From assembly GCA_016618085.1 (NCBI GenBank), contig JABLTG010000111.1, forward strand, positions 1 through 64,000: 64,000 nucleotides of DNA, given 5' to 3'. The position numbers were made by a program, and so were the translations under genes. This document shows, piece by piece, positions 46,999-59,277 of this stretch (position 1 is the first letter of the stretch; every line of letters starts with the position of its first letter). The notes under the pieces were generated by a model. That model searched no databases. It was not told the origin of the DNA and saw only the letters and a list, made by a program, of their open reading frames with translations. The DNA is from Neovahlkampfia damariscottae (taxonomy: Eukaryota).

Positions 46999-49900
46999 AT
47001 GGAAGAACCTGAAATATTAGAATTTGTTTCTGCTGAAAAAAAAATTCGATTTGCTCCTTCACTCTTCAAATATGCTTTATTGATTCAAACAATAATTGGA
47101 GCAACCATGGCAGCTATAGGTGTAATTTTAATAGCAACAGTTATAACTATATCAGTTATTAATTCAACTTATGGACCACCAATTCTTCAAAATGATTTTG
47201 CAACAACATATAAAACCAATTTTGTTGATATTCCTGTTTTAAAAAATGATTATGATTTAAAAGACCAAAAAATTGAAATCGTAGACGTCATTCAACCAAT
47301 TTTTGGAAAAGTTTTGATTTATGATTCCAAAACAGTTCGATATTTTCCAGAGAATATTGGAAAATTTGGTAAACATTTTTCTGGATTGGTAGAATTCAAA
47401 TACATCGCTAAAAATGAAAAATATACATCAAATGGTGTTGTTAAAGTGGATGTTTTGAATCATCCTCCAATTGCTGTAGATTTCAGAAGGAAAATTCCGA
47501 AAAATGCAAAAAATTGGGAATTCGATTTATTTAAAATGAAAAATGATGAAAAATCTCAAATAATTGATTTTGATGGAGATTCTTTAACTATCACAGATGT
47601 TTTGAATGGCCAATCAATTTCAGGAACCATCAAAATTTCCAGTGATAAAACGAAAATTCTGTATTCAACATTACCTGAATCAGTTGATACAGAAATACTT
47701 CACTATCAAATTTCGGATGGAAATGATACTTCAAATGGCACTATAACCATCCAAATTGAAAATTATCCACCAGAAGCAAAACCTGATTATTTTGAAGGAT
47801 ATCAAAATCAAATTCTCAAGAATATTGATATATTGAAGAATGATGTTGACCAAAATAAGGACTTTCTAAAAATCAATTCAATCAGAAATATTGGACTTGG
47901 AAAAGCAGTTATTACCAAAAATGGAACTTTCGTTGATTATTTTCCAACATTTGGATCATATACAACAACTTTTGAATATTCAATTTCGGACGGTGAATAT
48001 TCTTCTTCATCATATGTGGTCATTTCAATGAAAAATCAAAAACCAAGAATTTCAAATTTAGAATTGAATATTTCAAAGAACAGTGTTGTTCATATTCCTT
48101 TGAAATACTCAGATTTAGATCCATATTCTTCATTGAATGTGAAATTAATCTCAAAACCAAAAGGAACGGTCGATTTGATCACAAACACATCTGTTGTAGT
48201 TTCTCAATTTTTAGATGGTGTCGATGCATTGGTGGAATGGAAAAACAACAGTTGGTCAATCAATTATCAACCTGTGATAAATCATATTTATCAAGATATT
48301 ATAGATGTTGAAATCGATGATTCAATTGATCATTCCAATGGAACAATAACTATAAATGTGATAAATAATGCACCCATCGCAGTAAATGATCATTTCGTTA
48401 TTCCTTACAATTCAACTTCTTTTTTGGATTTGTTGAAGAATGATTATGATCCTAATAATGATCACATCAAAATCAAAACAATTCAATTTCCAACATCAAA
48501 AGGAGGATTAATTGAAATAGTGAATGATACAACAGTTCAATATAAACCAAAGTTTTATGGTCATGATTCATTCAATTATACAATCACTGACATTATAGAC
48601 AATCCAGAAAATGAGATGATTTCTCACAGAGTCACTGTGGAAATTTTCATCATTAATGTACCACCAATTGCAAATAATGACATTTTTGCCATTACAGGTG
48701 AAGAAACAAGTTTAAATGTTTTGAAAAATGATATTGATATCAACAATGATTCCCTAACCATTGCATCAGTTGATCAATATTCAAAAAATGGTATATTATT
48801 GAAGGTTGAAAATAACAAGGTTACTTATCCTCGAACTGATTTTCTAGAAAAAAATCAAGACTCTTTTTCGTATTTCATCAGTGATGGAGAATTTGATTCA
48901 AATGTTGCAATGGTTTCTTTGATATTTGCCAATTCATCCAATTCAAAACATCATCCAATATGCAAATCATTTTCAAAAACTATTTTCAAATCAACTTTGT
49001 ATTCATGGGATTTGATGGAAAAAGGTGTCATAGGTGGTACAAATAAAGAGAATCTTCGGATTCATATAGTTAGTTTGAATGATTCAAAAGGAGATGTTAC
49101 TGTTCAAAACTCAACATTAATCTTCAAATCATATTCAAATCGATCTGGTGCATTCAATTTCAAATTTTATGTGAATGATGGAAGTTTGAATTCATCGATT
49201 TGTAATATTTCATTGAATATTGAAAATAAAAAACCGGTTGCAATTGATGATCATAAAATATTTTTCAAACAAGAAAATAAGATATATTTGATAAATGCAT
49301 TGGAAAATGATGTTGATCTTGATGGTGATTTATTGAAAATTACATCTGTTTCAAATTCAAAATCAATAATTTTGTTGAATAATTCACTCAGTTTTCAACC
49401 GAATTTGGATTTCAATTCATCATTGACTGATTTTAACATATCTTATTCAATTTCAGATCAAGATTTAGATAATCCAAAAACAGATCAAGGAATGATATTC
49501 TTGACTTTTTTGAAATCATTACCAATTGTTAAAGATGATTTATTTTATGTTGATCAAAATACAAATGCACTGATTAAAATTGAAGATTTGTTGAAAAATG
49601 ATTATTCAAATGATGAATCAGAAATTATTCAATTTAACAAATTGGTTGATTGTAACGAATTAAATAACTCAGATTTTTGTTTAAAAAAACCTTTGTTGAA
49701 TTTACCTTCTGATGGTTTTATTACAGTACCTTATACAATGAATTCGTGTAAACAAAACAAATTCAAATACTGTGTGAATACCAATACGAACAAGAAGGCA
49801 ATAAGTTGTGGAACAGTAACCATTAGATACAAGAATTGTATTTGTCAACAACCAATAGATATTGTTTATACTGTAGATAGTTCAGGTTCGATTTCCAATA

Positions 49901-50532
49901 ATCAATGGAATCTTCAAATGGATTTTATTCTTAACGTCACCAAGAAATTGATCATTAATGATTCACAAATGAACGTTGGTTTGATTCAATTTGGTGAAAA
50001 TGTTAAGAATATTTCCTTGCTAACTTCAGATAAAAGATCAATTCAAAATTCTATTGAGAGTATCAGAAATCATCATATGTCATCTTGGACAAATACATTA
50101 GGTGCTTTAAATGAAGCTGTAAAAATATTGAACTTTGGAAACCCATTGTCATTGGTTGATCGTTCATCTGTCTCCAAGATCATTTTATTGTTAACAGATG
50201 GATTGGCAAATGTTCCTTGTAATTGTAATTCATGTTCTTGTGAATCAGTTTTTTGTGTTGAAAAATCGTCAACTTGCAAATGGAATCCTGATATTGGTGG
50301 TTTTTGTCAACCTTGTGCTGATCCATCAATCCGATCAGGTGAAATTAATTCTTGGAAAAATCCCGATTGGAAAATCATTGCTCTTGGAATTGGTGAAGAA
50401 TTGAGTTATTATGAAGGTAAAGGATTGAAGATGGTTAAGAAATTGAATTATGATGATGAATTGATTAGTACTCCATGGGATAAATTAGATCATGTAATCA
50501 CACGCATAGTTGATCAATCTTGTAATATTTAA
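46999..50532 (+). CDS. Type II membrane adhesin-like protein with tandem Ig/cadherin-like repeats and C-terminal vWA domain
   Basis: N-terminal TM helix, ~95-aa repeats P.A.ND...LKND.D...D.L.I...YTISDG, and MIDAS motifs DSSGS, T and LLTDG. Confidence 0.85.
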   Translation: MEEPEILEFVSAEKKIRFAPSLFKYALLIQTIIGATMAAIGVILIATVITISVINSTYGPPILQNDFATTYKTNFVDIPVLKNDYDLKDQKIEIVDVIQPIFGKVLIYDSKTVRYFPENIGKFGKHFSGLVEFKYIAKNEKYTSNGVVKVDVLNHPPIAVDFRRKIPKNAKNWEFDLFKMKNDEKSQIIDFDGDSLTITDVLNGQSISGTIKISSDKTKILYSTLPESVDTEILHYQISDGNDTSNGTITIQIENYPPEAKPDYFEGYQNQILKNIDILKNDVDQNKDFLKINSIRNIGLGKAVITKNGTFVDYFPTFGSYTTTFEYSISDGEYSSSSYVVISMKNQKPRISNLELNISKNSVVHIPLKYSDLDPYSSLNVKLISKPKGTVDLITNTSVVVSQFLDGVDALVEWKNNSWSINYQPVINHIYQDIIDVEIDDSIDHSNGTITINVINNAPIAVNDHFVIPYNSTSFLDLLKNDYDPNNDHIKIKTIQFPTSKGGLIEIVNDTTVQYKPKFYGHDSFNYTITDIIDNPENEMISHRVTVEIFIINVPPIANNDIFAITGEETSLNVLKNDIDINNDSLTIASVDQYSKNGILLKVENNKVTYPRTDFLEKNQDSFSYFISDGEFDSNVAMVSLIFANSSNSKHHPICKSFSKTIFKSTLYSWDLMEKGVIGGTNKENLRIHIVSLNDSKGDVTVQNSTLIFKSYSNRSGAFNFKFYVNDGSLNSSICNISLNIENKKPVAIDDHKIFFKQENKIYLINALENDVDLDGDLLKITSVSNSKSIILLNNSLSFQPNLDFNSSLTDFNISYSISDQDLDNPKTDQGMIFLTFLKSLPIVKDDLFYVDQNTNALIKIEDLLKNDYSNDESEIIQFNKLVDCNELNNSDFCLKKPLLNLPSDGFITVPYTMNSCKQNKFKYCVNTNTNKKAISCGTVTIRYKNCICQQPIDIVYTVDSSGSISNNQWNLQMDFILNVTKKLIINDSQMNVGLIQFGENVKNISLLTSDKRSIQNSIESIRNHHMSSWTNTLGALNEAVKILNFGNPLSLVDRSSVSKIILLLTDGLANVPCNCNSCSCESVFCVEKSSTCKWNPDIGGFCQPCADPSIRSGEINSWKNPDWKIIALGIGEELSYYEGKGLKMVKKLNYDDELISTPWDKLDHVITRIVDQSCNI

Positions 50533-50695
50533 ATAAAATTTCATCCAACCATTTATTTTTGGTTACTCAAATCGGTTGGCAAAAATCTAAGATTCAATGG
50601 AAATACAAATATATCATTTGACTAAGCTGTTTTTTATTTTATCAAATGATGTTTCATTCTTGATGATTGAAATAAACCAATCAACATCCTTAAAA

Positions 50696-51259
50696 ATGAC
50701 ATCTGAAGTTAAAATTGACACACCATTGAAAAAGGCTTACAACAAAAAAGTCAAAGAATCCACCAATTTGATCCTTGTCTGTGAAGAAGATTGTGAAAAA
50801 AAATACAAAATTTGTGGGTTAATTGAAAACATAATGAAAAATATAATTGCACATCCAAAAGAAGATAAATTCAAAACATTAAAAAAAACAGCAAAGAAAA
50901 TTGATGAACTTATTGTACAACCAACAGGTGTTGCTGAATTACTTGAAGTGATAGGATTCACAGAAAAAGATGATTGTTTTGTGCTTACTCAAGAAGTTTC
51001 TGAAGAAACACTATCCAAGACTATTGAATTAATCGAAGTTGAAGTTTGAAAAAAAAAACAATTAATTTTTTAGTTGACAAAAGAATTTGGAATTAACATT
51101 CCAAAAGATGCAACTAAATCTCAATTAGAAAAAGCAAGAGCTAAACAGTTGATTGTTAAAGAAAAAAAAAAAGCAGAAAAAGAATTTGATGAAAAAGCAA
51201 AAAAGAAAGCATTGGAAAGAATTGAAGAAAACAAAGAAAAAAGAAGAGAAAAAAAATAA
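50696..51259 (+). CDS. PUB domain protein
   Basis: Motifs NIIAHPKEDKFKTLK and ELLEVIGF. Intron 51044-51073. Confidence 0.8.
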
Positions 51260-51344
51260 ATTGTTTCTATCAAAAAAATTACATGTTTTTTCTTGGTTGG
51301 GAAATTGAAATATTTGAAAACACAACAAACTGCAAAACTAACAT

Positions 51345-54300
51345 TTATTTCATCAATTCTGAAAGAATAGATTTTTCTTGATTTCCTAATTTATTGATAA
51401 TGCTTTTCAATATATCAGGATATTGAATTGAAATTTCTAAGATGAAAAAAATCAACAAACAAAAAGGGACTTACTTTTAACACTTTCAGAAAAGAATCCA
51501 ATTTCATTGATATTATCTAATGGTGAAGTGAATGTTTCATGTTCTTCTTCTAAATTCATGTCTGATTCTTCTAATTCTTTTTCTTCTTCAAATTCTCTAA
51601 TTCTTTGCATTTCAGATAAGATTGAATCCATATCTTCTTCACCTTCACTATCATCTTCTTCATCTGAATAATATTCACCTAAATCTTTTTTCCTCTGTTT
51701 TTCTTGTTCAAATTGTTTCAATTCTAATTCATATTGAGCTTTTTGTTTTTCTGCTTCTTTTCTTCTCATATCAATATTCATGATCAAATTTAAGACACCT
51801 GAGAAAATTTGATGAAGATTGTTTTGAAGAGATGCTGGTAATTTCATTAAGTCTAATGATAAAATTTGCGTTAAACCAATGATTGCGCATTTTAAATCTA
51901 ATACTCTTTTAAAGAGTGATAAATTTTTGAACCAAATTCCAAAGACATTTAATGTGCATTTTTGTGATTCCATGTAGTTTATTGTTAATCCTGCATTGTT
52001 TGTTAGAGCATCTGAAAGATTATCCAATAATAAAATTTTCATCCCTTTTGATTTTTCTTGTGATAAACGAGAAATGATTGTTTCCAAAAAATGAGGTAAA
52101 CAATAATCAATTCTTCCAATATTATTCAATAAAATGACGGAAATTAATTTTGAAGCACATTCAACTTCAGTTTTGGATGCATATTGTTTTTGGAAAATAC
52201 CTTTGCACATACTGAGTACTTTTTCAATTCTCTGACTTGTAAAGTTTTTACTGTCTTTCGAAATCATATTATCAAAGGAAGGTAAGAAATCTATCAAAAA
52301 TTGTTTGATTTAGAAAATGTTGATTTTTTGACTTACATTCTGCATTATCATAGGCCCATTTATCAAATGAAACAAGACATACATCAAAAATGAGCCACAT
52401 ATCTGATGAAATAGTTGGTTGATAAAATGTCAAATAAGTGAAAATTTTTGTTCCTTCTTCCAAGAAATCAAGATTTTCAGATTCTAATACTGTTTGAATC
52501 AAATATTTCAAAGTTTCTTCGAGTTGTTTTAAAATATCAAATTTAGATGAAACAGCATCTAAAATTGTTTGAATAGATAACAAACATGTGTAAGCAATTG
52601 CTGAATTGGCCATTTCTTCATCATCATCCATCTCTGGAAATTCTTTCACAATTCCAATGAATTTTTCAGACTTAAAAAGTTAATGAATGAATGATTTACT
52701 AATGAACGACATAAGTCCAATGCATAAGGTTCTATTTTTTCACCATATGTTTCAATGATCAAATCTAAACTCTTGACAATGTAATCATTTTCAATTTCAT
52801 TCATTAAACCAAGGTACGCCTTTAAAATGTTTCCTAAAAGTGGTTCTAAATCATCATAACATAATTTTGATTTAATCATTTCAGAAAGAGTAACAGATGC
52901 TTCAATCTTCACAGGAAGATCTTTGTCTTGAATACATTGAATAACTCCTTCTAAACCTGCTGTAAAAGTCTTCTTATCTTGCCATTGAATATTAACAAAT
53001 TTTGAAAGAACCCAACATGCTCTTGATCTTAAATATGGATGAATCTTATTGAATAGTTCAGGAATGATGTGAGTGATCAAAAGAGTTTCTAAACTATTTT
53101 TTAGTAATTTACGAACTGAAGCTTTCATTAAACCGATACAGTACAAAACACCTTCTTTAACATAAAAATTCTGTTCTTTTTGATGACTGTTGAAGTTTAA
53201 TTTTTCTCAACAAAAATCTTACTTGACCATTTTTTGGTTCAAAAATTTTAAAATGACTGGAGCTGTTTTTGGTCTTAATTTTGATAAAGTGAGAAGAACA
53301 TTCGCAGCAGCAACTTTCGCACTATAAAAATCGAATGATATATCAAATGCAACTTTAATATATTCATGAGGGTCATTAATCCATAATTCAGCATCATCTT
53401 GATTGAAACATAAAAGTGGAAAAATGACTTCTGGAAAAAAAGTTTCAATTTGTGGTTCTATAGCTTTATAACCAACTGGACTTTGAATTGAATTGTCAAT
53501 GTAATAAATAGACATTGTTAACACTCTAATTGGAACATAACTACCTTTAATTGAACTTTGAACAATGGCAATCATGAATTTCAAGAAAGTCATTGAATAT
53601 TCAGTATTGAAATATTCTGCAATATCTTGATCAATTTTTTCTTCATATCTTTCTGGGTAAATGTATCTGTGGCGAAGTGTTAAAATTTTGTTCTTTATTT
53701 CACTTACAAAATGTAAATTCTGTATAGAATATGAGTCAACCATTTGAAATTCTTCCAATATGGTGATTCATATGGTGAGTCTTGAGGTATTTCTAATTGA
53801 AAACTTTTGATTAAAATTGTCATCCATTCGTCAAAATTTTCTTTCTTTTTTAAAAAAACTGGAACATCAACAGCTAAAAGAGTATTCCAAAATATCTTTA
53901 AAATTATATGTCTCATTGATGAAAAATTTTCCGAATTCTGTGATAAAAGGTACTTGAATAAATTTGATAAAATTGGAAAACAGTTTGGAACTAATTGATT
54001 GATAACTTTTTGAGATCTTTCTTTTTCTGTTTCAGAAAATGTTTTTGTGATAATTTTCAATGCAACTAAAGCTCCATAAATTTTTACCATATCATTTGAG
54101 TTCAAATAATCAACAACAGATGGAAATAATTTTGACCAGTTGTGCGGAAAGTCTCTATTGACGAATTTAGAAAGTACAACAGATAATTGAACTCTATGTA
54201 AAAAATAAAAAAAAAAGAAAAATAAATACCTGAGAATTGCTGGTGCCCGTGTAATTGCTTCTAAGAGATTTTGTTTCAAAATTTCACAATCTTCTTGTGG

Positions 54301-54561
54301 CAAATCATCCTTGTTAATTCTCAAAGAAATCATATTTTTCAAGTAAATAGCTCCAGCAAGTTTGATGTTCAATGAAGTTTCGGAGTCCACTAAAATTTTA
54401 AATAATTCAGTTGTGAATCCGTTTATTTTTGACAACTATGAAAAAAAGCATAAAAATTTGATTTAATTTTTTACTTTTAATAGTTCTAACTCTGCACTGT
54501 CTTGTTCATTTTTGTTACTTGATAAACTTGTGAAAAGAACCTTTTTTAAATTTTCGCTCAT
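51345..54561 (-). CDS. Importin-7/8 family (Nmd5/SAD2-like)
   Basis: Motifs AGAIYLKN, DFPHNW, ELW..DPHEYI and YLRSRACW, an acidic C-terminus, and about 7 micro-introns. Confidence 0.88.
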
Positions 54562-54854
54562 GCTATTGGTCGAAAATCTTCCAATTCAAAATGCATCTTT
54601 AAAAACTTGAAAAATGTAAGATGAAATAAAAAAAAAAAAAAAACACAAAAAAAAAAATTTTCCAATAGCAAAACGAAGAATGAGGCTACTTTTTCTTTGG
54701 GCAGTTGATTTTGCCTGTTTCGTATCTTTGTTTTTTTCTGGACACCAAACAATTTCCTCACATTCTAAAAAGCAACAAAAAAATTCAAATTTTCACAGTT
54801 GTTTTTTATCCAATCTCTTTTATTCATTCTGAATTTGAGTTGCCCAATCAAAAA

Positions 54855-55755
54855 ATGCCAACACTACAATTCAACGTCAATGACACAACGAGTACTCAAT
54901 TGAGAAAATACTAACTAACTTCTTTAGGAACAGGATACTGGAGTCCGTCAACATCTTCAGTTGACTGGTGCGAGTTGAACTATGTTCATACACAATACAT
55001 TGCAGAAACTGTAAACACTTTATCCGCTTTTGTTTATATTTACGGAGCTTATTTATTTAACAAACAACTACGATATGTAAAAGTTGCACCAACACGATTT
55101 TATCTTGTCAATATAATATTTCTAGCTGTTGCACTTGTAAAAAAAAAAAAAAAAAAACCTTAACTCTTCCACAGGGCACTATTTTATTCCATTCAACTTT
55201 GAAAAGATCTGCACAACTTTTTGATGAATTTCCGATGATTTATGGTATGGCGATTGTTTTTTATTGCGCGCTTTGTAATAAACAAAATACACCAACTGCC
55301 AAAAAAATAATGGCAGGAACAACTAGTTTTTTATTTTCATTTTCAGTTACGATTACAATGATATTTAAACCAAATAATCCAACGTTTTTCTTTGTCAGTT
55401 TTTCAATAATTATGACAATTGTATTTTTTATGGTCATCAAAAGAGCAAGTCAATTTCCTGGTGGGTTAGGTTTATGGTTTTCTGGTGCAGGTTTTGTTCT
55501 TGGTTCTTTAGCTCTTTGGGTAAACTTTTTTATGTTATATTAATTCATTTTTCAAAGATGATTGAAAATTTTCATTGTCAACGAGTTATAAATTTCTATT
55601 TTCATTCTTTATGGCATTTAGGTTCATGTGTCGGAATCTATCGATTTGGAGTCTTGGTTTTATTGATTTATTTGAAATTCAACAATTATAAATTTCATTT
55701 CAACGACAAAGGTATTCATTTTCTCTTTCCAAGATTAATTAAAATACGTAAATAA
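54855..55755 (+). CDS. Alkaline ceramidase (ACER3-like)
   Basis: Motifs GYWSPSTSSVDWCELNY..YIAE..NTLS, FHSTL...QLFDEFPM and HSLWH. Three micro-introns. Confidence 0.9.
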
Positions 55756-55823
55756 AAACAATAAAATTTTACCCAATGAAAATTGAATGATTTTTGATCT
55801 TGAAAGTTCAAACGGTATTCGAA

Positions 55824-56204
55824 ATGAACAAACGAGAAATTAGGAAAAAATTCTCAGAAATGAATATTTCAGAAGGATTTAAACCACCAAAGCAAGCTCC
55901 AACCCAAAAGCAAAATACTCCAACACTTGAAAACAAAGAAACATATGATTTTTGGAGGGACGAAGAGACTCCCATGGTAGTTCCACATCGTTGTCCTCCA
56001 GTTGAAGTTCATCCAAAAAAGTCTAAAAATGCTCCAAAAGATAATGCTACCGGTATTTCAATAATATACCCTGATCATAAAGATGTTGAAACAGTTGATG
56101 TTTCTGAGATGTTTGAACCACCTCCTCTGCCACCTATTGAATCAATAAGCGATGAAATGCTCGAATATTACATCAAAAAAAATAAATCTAAATTTCTTCA
56201 TTAA
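55824..56204 (+). CDS. Hypothetical proline-rich protein
   Basis: ORF whose stop codon overlaps the convergent gene's stop. No family recognised. Confidence 0.55.
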   Translation: MNKREIRKKFSEMNISEGFKPPKQAPTQKQNTPTLENKETYDFWRDEETPMVVPHRCPPVEVHPKKSKNAPKDNATGISIIYPDHKDVETVDVSEMFEPPPLPPIESISDEMLEYYIKKNKSKFLH

Positions 56205-57193
56205 TCTAAATTGGTTTTTATTATTCGTCGTAAATTGGAATAAATTTCATAATGAGATTGTTTGTATTGAACGAATTTAAAACTTGGATTACTTTTTGCA
56301 ACAAAAATTTGATGCGAAGGACTTGTTGTTTCATCCAATGAATTGCTTGTAATGAATCCTTCTGTATTAGTTTTCAATTCACAATTCCATGGATTTGATA
56401 TCCATCTAAGATACAATGCCAATATTTTCCAACTTCTTTCAATGGATCTTTTCATTTCTGATAAAATGAAACCCTTTTCTTTCATTTTCATTAATACTTC
56501 AAAATCATGAGGAGTACTTGCTTTCATCATGTCTAATGTACCATTTCTGATACTTTTTCCCATAAAATATCCAATAATATGAGAAATTCCACGAGCAGTC
56601 ATCACTTGTTGAGCTGCACTCTCTTCTGAACTTGCTTCAATGCCTTCAAAAAAATCTATAATTTTATTGTCATGTATTAGTGGCCTAAGTGGAGATATCA
56701 GTCCTATTTTTTCTATTTTATCCATCAAAATGTTGGAATTCATCAAAGACATGCTATAAACAGATCCAAATCTGATACTTAATAATGAGAACCTCTTTAA
56801 TTTCAAATCCTCCAATAATTGGTGTATATCGTTATCGTAGTACTGTAAAGTACCATTATTTAGATCTGAATAACCCCATCCAGGCAGTGAAGGACATACA
56901 ACTAGATACTGGTTTCGGTTCCAAAATTCTTCATAATTTTCACAAAATTTACCAGTGAAATAAATATCATGGAGCAAAATTATTGTTTTTTTAGGTTTTG
57001 TTAATAAAGAATTTTTGTAGTATTCCATTATTCTACCATCTTTTAATTTGAGAAAATTCATATTTTGTTTTGTTATGACTGTGAAATCATCAATTTTTGG
57101 AGATTCATCAAAAAAATCTAAAAAGGTTGATATTACAAGAACAATTATTGGTAATGCCAGCAGACAATTGAAAAGTAGACGTCCACATCCCAT
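56201..57193 (-). CDS. Alpha/beta-hydrolase fold protein, membrane anchored
   Basis: Motifs LKDGRIMEY, IILLHD and PSLPGWGYSD. The nucleophile elbow is degenerate (SIRFG). Confidence 0.75.
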   Translation of the reverse strand: MGCGRLLFNCLLALPIIVLVISTFLDFFDESPKIDDFTVITKQNMNFLKLKDGRIMEYYKNSLLTKPKKTIILLHDIYFTGKFCENYEEFWNRNQYLVVCPSLPGWGYSDLNNGTLQYYDNDIHQLLEDLKLKRFSLLSIRFGSVYSMSLMNSNILMDKIEKIGLISPLRPLIHDNKIIDFFEGIEASSEESAAQQVMTARGISHIIGYFMGKSIRNGTLDMMKASTPHDFEVLMKMKEKGFILSEMKRSIERSWKILALYLRWISNPWNCELKTNTEGFITSNSLDETTSPSHQIFVAKSNPSFKFVQYKQSHYEIYSNLRRIIKTNLD

Positions 57194-57356
57194 AGTCCAC
57201 AAAACAAATCAGAAAATTCGTTATCCAATGAAACATCATTATTTTAAAAGTGAACTATTTTTCTTTCATTGTTTTTAAAATCGAAAAATACTAGAATTTT
57301 TTTTTTTTCAAAATAAAACGTGGACCAATCATTTTTTTTCGCCAATCAGAACAAAA

Positions 57357-57618
57357 ATGAGATCAAAGTAAGAAGAATAAACGTTATTAAATCTCTAAAA
57401 GACAAATGAAAGAAAAAAAAGTTGCTGTCGGAGGAGAATCCGGTGGTTTAATGAAAACTTATTTTGGTAAAGACGATGCTCCTGGAATTCAAGTGTAAAA
57501 AAAAAAAAAAAAAATTTAACAATTTTAAATCAGTGGACCTATGACAGTTCTTGTAGGAAGTTTAATTTTCATCTTTGTAGTTATCATTTTACACTTTTAT
57601 GGAAGATTTTTCAGATAA
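57357..57618 (+). CDS. SEC61B: Sec61 beta subunit (three exons, missed by ORF track)
   Basis: Spliced translation ...GLMKTYFGKDDAPGIQV.GPMTVLVGSLIFIFVVIILHFYGRFFR*. Confidence 0.88.
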
Positions 57619-57929
57619 ATTATTTTCAAAAGAAAAAAAATAAAAAAAAAATTTTTTTACGAAAAATCTAGAAAAGATTATTTCATTTGAAGATCTAAAC
57701 TCTTTGTTTTAGTCCAATTTTTAATAAAAAAAAAGAATTTATTCTCTTTCTCTCTGATTTGTCCACAATAAAACTTCCAATGCTTTGAAGATTCCAAAAA
57801 CAATTTTTAATTTTTTTACAGAGCAGCAAGCACTACTTTAATTAAAAAAAACATTTAAAATGTATTTAATAGACATTTGTTTATTGGTTCCTCAAAAACT
57901 AAATTTAGATTTCAATTTCTGTTTGTAAC

Positions 57930-58661
57930 ATGTCCAAAGAACTGATGAAAAAATACTATGATGAAAACTCAGATTGTTTCTTAAAGCCTCCGAGTACAAG
58001 CTGGTCAGAAGTAAAACCACATAAAAAGAAAGAAATTCAGAAAATCGAAATTTTAAAAGAAAACCAACAAAACGTTGTCAATCCATATTCAAAATACGAT
58101 TTAAATTTTTTAAAACAACATAGTGCTTTTCTTTTAAAAAATGTTCTTTCTCCAGAAGAGTGTCAACACTTCATAAAAGAAACAGAAGAAATTGGATTTC
58201 AAAAATTATACGGTTATCATCCAAGTTACCGCAACAACACCAGAATCATAATACAAGATGATGATTTAGTACAGGTTATATTCAACAGAATCAAAAAATT
58301 CGTCCCACAAACAGTCACAGATGAACAAGGAAAAATTTGGGAGTTAGTTGGTATGAATGAAAGGTTTAGATGGTGCAAATACGTAAAAGGACAACATTTT
58401 TCACCTCATTTTGATGCTCATTTTCAAAGAAATTTGAAAGAAAAAAGTTTTTTCACATTCATGATTTACTTGAATGGTTTTTCAGAAGCCGGTTGTACAA
58501 GATTTTTAGATATTGAATCAAAAGATACATTAGAAAAAGTAAAACCAGAATCTGGTTTGGCTGTCATATTTCCACATAAACTTTATCATGACGGAGAACA
58601 ATTAGAAAATGATTTGAAATACCTTTGCAGGTCTGATTTAATGTATAAAATGAAAGAATAA
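57930..58661 (+). CDS. Fe(II)/2-oxoglutarate dioxygenase (prolyl-4-hydroxylase-like)
   Basis: Motifs NVLSPEEC, NERFR..KY..GQHF.PHFD, YLN, HDG and KY..RSD. Confidence 0.88.
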   Translation: MSKELMKKYYDENSDCFLKPPSTSWSEVKPHKKKEIQKIEILKENQQNVVNPYSKYDLNFLKQHSAFLLKNVLSPEECQHFIKETEEIGFQKLYGYHPSYRNNTRIIIQDDDLVQVIFNRIKKFVPQTVTDEQGKIWELVGMNERFRWCKYVKGQHFSPHFDAHFQRNLKEKSFFTFMIYLNGFSEAGCTRFLDIESKDTLEKVKPESGLAVIFPHKLYHDGEQLENDLKYLCRSDLMYKMKE

Positions 58662-58664
58662 AAT

Positions 58665-59171
58665 TTATTCAAATACTTCAAGAGCATCTGAAAATCTTTC
58701 AAGTTCATCTGCTTCTTGTTCTAAAACTGTCACAGTTGAACCTCCACAAGAAGCTTTAGCCATTTGTGCTAAATGCTTTGCGAGTTGAAGATTATGACGA
58801 TGTTTCATAAAATGTTTGTATCTTATTGTAGTAGGTCTTGAATTTTTCAAAGCATTTCTGTCAAAAATAAAAATCAAAAAAAAAAAAAAAAAAACTTACA
58901 CTAACGCTTCACAACTGCATTTTCTGTTTCTTCCTCTAACACAAATATAGTTTCTATATTTTCTAGCAAGGTACGCATATGAATCGAGTTTTACACCCTT
59001 TGAAGAACTACAATGAGCTGTGCAGTAGAGTTTGTAAGGAAGTCGACTTCTACAAAGTGCTTTTGTTTCTTCAGAGAGAGTAGCCGCAACTTGTCCAGAA
59101 ATGCATGTCATTGGTACTGCGACCATTTGATAGAAGATAATCAAAAGAACAAAGAAAGTGATTTTTATCAT
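58665..59171 (-). CDS. Secreted 8-Cys protein, tandem family member 1
   Basis: Signal peptide, VPMTCI, VKLDSY, intron 58858-58899 and an acidic tail. Confidence 0.85.
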
Positions 59172-59277
59172 CCCAACTTCAGTTTCAACAATAAGTTTTG
59201 ATTGGATGGATGATCATGATTGGTTCAATCAAATAATTTTGAAATTGATGAATTTTTTATTTAGAATAAATTTTTTT

